DNA from: a virus
Lineage: Duplodnaviria; Caudoviricetes
DNA length: 28,972 nt
Virus record (IMG/VR): IMGVR_UViG_3300048599_000559
Location: 1 to 28,972 of that record
Reading direction: 5' to 3' (one strand)
A program made the translations under genes and the position numbers. Numbering within the stretch: the first letter of the stretch is position 1; every line of letters begins with the position of its first letter. The notes below the pieces were generated by a model. The model did not search any database, was not told the DNA's origin, and worked only from the letters and a program-made list of their open reading frames with translations. Shown piece after piece: positions 27,101 to 28,972 of this stretch.

Positions 27101-27737
27101 GGTTGGCGATTCGGCCCACCCGAATGAAACTGCCTCGTTCCTGCGAGACCGGGTCTGGTCGTATTGCCAGGACGTCATCTCGTACGTGCGCGCGTCGCAT
27201 CCAGCCGCCGTCTTCGAATGCCTCTGGCCCCTTGATGCTAACCAGGGGAAGCCGTCTCCCGACCCCGCTTATCGTCGCCTGCTGATGTACGTGAATTTGC
27301 CGGCTCAGTGGAAATCGTCCTCGTACGGGATCAAATACTTCCGCTGTGAGGGATTCGATTACGACATCTGGCAGAAGAACGCGAAGCTCATGCGGCAGAC
27401 CATGACCTATGCGGCGCAGACGCTGGGACGGCCAGCATCGGAGTGCATGTATCTGGCGGGTCTGTACGGTCCACCCGACCCACCGATCGCGCAGGCATAC
27501 GGCTTGTGGAAGACCGCTCCGTACTACTCGATGTGCTTCTGGGCGTTCGATCAGTTCTGCCTAAACAGCAGGCCGATCCCGCTGGAGGCGTGGAGGCAGT
27601 CGTCTGCCACGGCCGCGGTGTATCACAAGCCGCGCGCGGCCCGTGCTGCGGAAGTCGCACGGGCGGTCGATGTGGTGGCGCCGACGGCCGGCGCGCTCAA
27701 TCGTTTCAAGCTGAACGAGAGAAAACTCAATGGCTAA
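24168..27737 (+). CDS. Large tail-associated protein with a CBM-like domain and a glycoside-hydrolase-like TIM barrel (1189 aa)
   Basis: TTG start (uncertain). Galactose-binding-like YTGYW...VFLDG...HTVEIT...YFDYL; barrel motifs DFDTDHGY, LGF.G..D.YMG, FSMEV and LQFGETQYWYF. Confidence 0.7.
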   Translation: MAPETLRIFDPRRNFQLQGFTGRAATTTLHDATATGVAISGIFQAAEDFAVLGLYNAYDYFNHLRLKHLPRTNLSGLSLAFDIEYDHDLDGAMRLDAAKYPSVSWDAMTFICGAGTPQDTYEVRLLDHATAIGGGETPARCSMEVSGQEILDGGIDWLHLFFRDTRYTVTSTDCRVQTQAWMPVGPNIDPETGVQSYTHIWVLDQSGFALGDSITIERGGTNEETTSVIETGVDRVSGPYLLAWVTTSHTSDAYITRETHAYHVAQRLAEIINASGDTVAGRFGPDQSGVIRATAGGGSTYQSGTLYLEFQTNTADGSLYGKLGNLDRVLITHGRTIDGDPNANQGFAWASGSGTTCRFGGGDNDTRYRIELPFGALTDKLGRRVPTENCRKIYMVFAPRFERTEEELEDGCFLTNGVGASDTAWSVDETSSLSGGRYFVGDATTEERVLLGQALPGQIKVTRGYEGTTPHAWPAGTRMSKLSPKSGFSSDVEWRATISNIAVSGDASLKVGGAAVRIEESDVRCKYTGYWEDYRYGAGWPSQWWSGGHARRTAPASAGDLRRVSLSYSQTEQHDLYLGTFLNTDCGWISVFLDGVEVPGSPFDLYLYEYGGTTANIEIAASVEAGSHTVEITALYRTTNGGYYFYFDYLWPLVPQDIPNAPAIYPDVSLAIDFDTDHGYKKPPAWHVWQLQKLGFKGHADVYMGVFWNNKRQRIGATYPNATITFAGDPAPGDVVSFSIGGTTIAHAIGYGETLQGVVSHFRAAINGMFAGVWADDGFGTSTTLRIQSKAPRYVFTGLAVSAPNSVTLTLSDHMGSAGTEGGWEILDSASPVMTEGARRWIKDLASQFLAAGIKASFAFSMEVYNPPTAMRARYLRLSGGMVTPGEDVFLDVPSYQMHFGTRVRNYLRQMYKECADQIEAAGLPVVLQFGETQYWYFDNRTQDPQGGMPFYDQETIDAFVATKGHQIWPFVSNTDDPVGDSAHPNETASFLRDRVWSYCQDVISYVRASHPAAVFECLWPLDANQGKPSPDPAYRRLLMYVNLPAQWKSSSYGIKYFRCEGFDYDIWQKNAKLMRQTMTYAAQTLGRPASECMYLAGLYGPPDPPIAQAYGLWKTAPYYSMCFWAFDQFCLNSRPIPLEAWRQSSATAAVYHKPRAARAAEVARAVDVVAPTAGALNRFKLNERKLNG

Positions 27738-28972
27738 CTATCCCGGTGCAATCGACAGCGCGGCCAGCCTGTACGCCCCGGTCGATGCGTTCTCCACCAA
27801 GCCGTTGGAGACGGTGACCACGGGCGCGGTGCAGGCCAGCGACTCCTCGATCAGCGTGGCGTCCACATCCGGAGGCTTCGCCGCGAGCTATGGCGTGCTC
27901 TCGATCGACGACGAGTTGATCGTATACACCGGAAAGACGGCCACGCAGTTCACGGGATGCCAGCGTGGGGCCTTTGGCACGACCGCCTCCGCCCACAACA
28001 ACGGGGCGCCTGTGAAGGCGAACATGGTTGCGGGATTTATCACCGCGCTCCAGTCCGCTGTGCTCGCCATCGAGAACGAGTTGGGCACCGCGGCCGCGCG
28101 CAACTACGTTCGCAAGGACGGGGCGGTCACGGTCACCGGTATCAAGACCTTCCAGGATGGGGCAGAGTTCGGCTCTGGCACCAAAGCGGGCACCGGCCTG
28201 GTCCGATTGCCAAACGCGGGCACGATCAAATGGCGCAAGGCCGACAATTCAGGTGACCTCGGTTTGTCACTCAACGCGAGCAATCACCTTGCGATGGATG
28301 CAATCATCGACTTCGCTCCGGGCCAGACGTTCGGCGCGTTTTCGTATCCGGACGCGACGACCGCCAGCAAGGGGATCGTGCAGGTCGATCCCGTGGGCGG
28401 CCTGGAGATCAATGCCGGCGCCGTTTCGCTCGCGGCCACTGGCGTGACGCCGGGTACGTACACCAAAACAACCGTGGACGCCAAGGGGCGCGTCACGGCG
28501 GGCGCGCTCCTCTCGTCTGCGGATCTGCCATCCCACACCCACACGGCATCCGATATTGTCTCCGGCGCGCTCCCGTTCACGATCCAGAACAATGGCGCGA
28601 TCGTGGGAACGCGTCGGGCCTTGAATCTGATTCAGGGGAGCAACATCGGCCTCGCATTTCAGGACGTGCCCGCGAGCGACCGCGTGAACGTCACGGTTGC
28701 GCTTGCCTCCGTCCCGGCGCACACCCATGCCGAAGCCGACGTGACGAACCTTCCCACGGATCTCGCGGGCAAGGCTCCGCTCTCCCATACGCACGCGCAG
28801 GCAGACGTGACCGGCCTGGTCACCACGCTCGCGGGCAAGGCTGCTGCGAGCCATACCCATGCAGAATCCGACATCACTGGCCTGGTAGCGGACCTTGCGG
28901 GGAAGGCAGCGGCGGTCCACAGCCACACGTCCTCACAGATCAGCGATGCCACGGCCAACGCGACGGCGAGCA
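27730..28972 (+). CDS. Tail fibre protein, truncated at window edge (absent from the ORF track)
   Basis: ATG at 27730 overlaps the previous gene's end and the frame is open to the window end. Contains DATTASKGIVQV, TGVTPGTYTKTTVDAKGRVTAG and HTH-x3-D-V/I-T-x-L repeats. Confidence 0.9.
   Translation, partial: MANYPGAIDSAASLYAPVDAFSTKPLETVTTGAVQASDSSISVASTSGGFAASYGVLSIDDELIVYTGKTATQFTGCQRGAFGTTASAHNNGAPVKANMVAGFITALQSAVLAIENELGTAAARNYVRKDGAVTVTGIKTFQDGAEFGSGTKAGTGLVRLPNAGTIKWRKADNSGDLGLSLNASNHLAMDAIIDFAPGQTFGAFSYPDATTASKGIVQVDPVGGLEINAGAVSLAATGVTPGTYTKTTVDAKGRVTAGALLSSADLPSHTHTASDIVSGALPFTIQNNGAIVGTRRALNLIQGSNIGLAFQDVPASDRVNVTVALASVPAHTHAEADVTNLPTDLAGKAPLSHTHAQADVTGLVTTLAGKAAASHTHAESDITGLVADLAGKAAAVHSHTSSQISDATANATAS
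28720..28935 (+). repeat. 66-nt (22-aa) tandem coding repeats, phage tail repeat (PTR)-like
   Basis: HxH units start at 28720, 28786, 28852 and 28918. Confidence 0.88.

Larger units (their letters stand above)
1..28972 (+). mobile_element. Lambda-like prophage/phage head and tail morphogenesis module (both ends lie outside the window)
   Basis: Canonical terminase-portal-protease/capsid-connector-tube-chaperone-TMP-tip-fibre synteny, with tightly coupled + strand ORFs and no obvious disrupting stops. No integrase, att site or lysis gene is visible. Confidence 0.96.

Noticed and set aside
28720-28935. CRISPR array or DGR repeat
   Set aside because: The repeats are degenerate in-frame coding units without spacers; no RT or adenine-specific TR/VR pair is seen in the window.
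1-28972. Gene transfer agent or contractile tailocin
   Set aside because: The lambda GpA terminase, lambda portal, long TMP and morons indicate a genuine phage; no sheath or baseplate wedge genes are present.

Overview
The window is almost entirely the late (virion morphogenesis) region of an apparently intact, high-GC lambda-like temperate phage or prophage with a non-contractile tail. The host is possibly Acidobacteriota, but this is an inference from gene content and is unverified. On the + strand the order is: terminase small and large subunits, a DUF4177 microprotein, gpW-like adaptor, lambda-type portal, fused prohead protease/Mu-gpT-like capsid, DUF2190 cement, head-tail joining and completion proteins, tail tube, G/G-T tail chaperone with a -1 slippery site, tape measure, distal tail protein, a five-gene fibre/adaptor block, a 1286-aa Dit-gpL-gpJ-like tip fusion, a 1189-aa CBM + TIM-barrel protein, and a His-repeat tail fibre that runs off the right edge. 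A leftward cassette (DUF3489-like gene plus two small ORFs) lies at the left edge. Three antisense accessory genes (morons) sit at junctions of the tail operon: a permuted papain-like YiiX/YebB enzyme, a 61-aa orphan, and a DUF4238 protein from a family with known anti-phage members. The best candidates for novelty are this moron set, the internal-start capsid arrangement, the Cys4-bearing frameshift product, and the duplicated-Dit, Fe-S-motif tail tip. All family calls come from motif recognition by eye; no searches were run.
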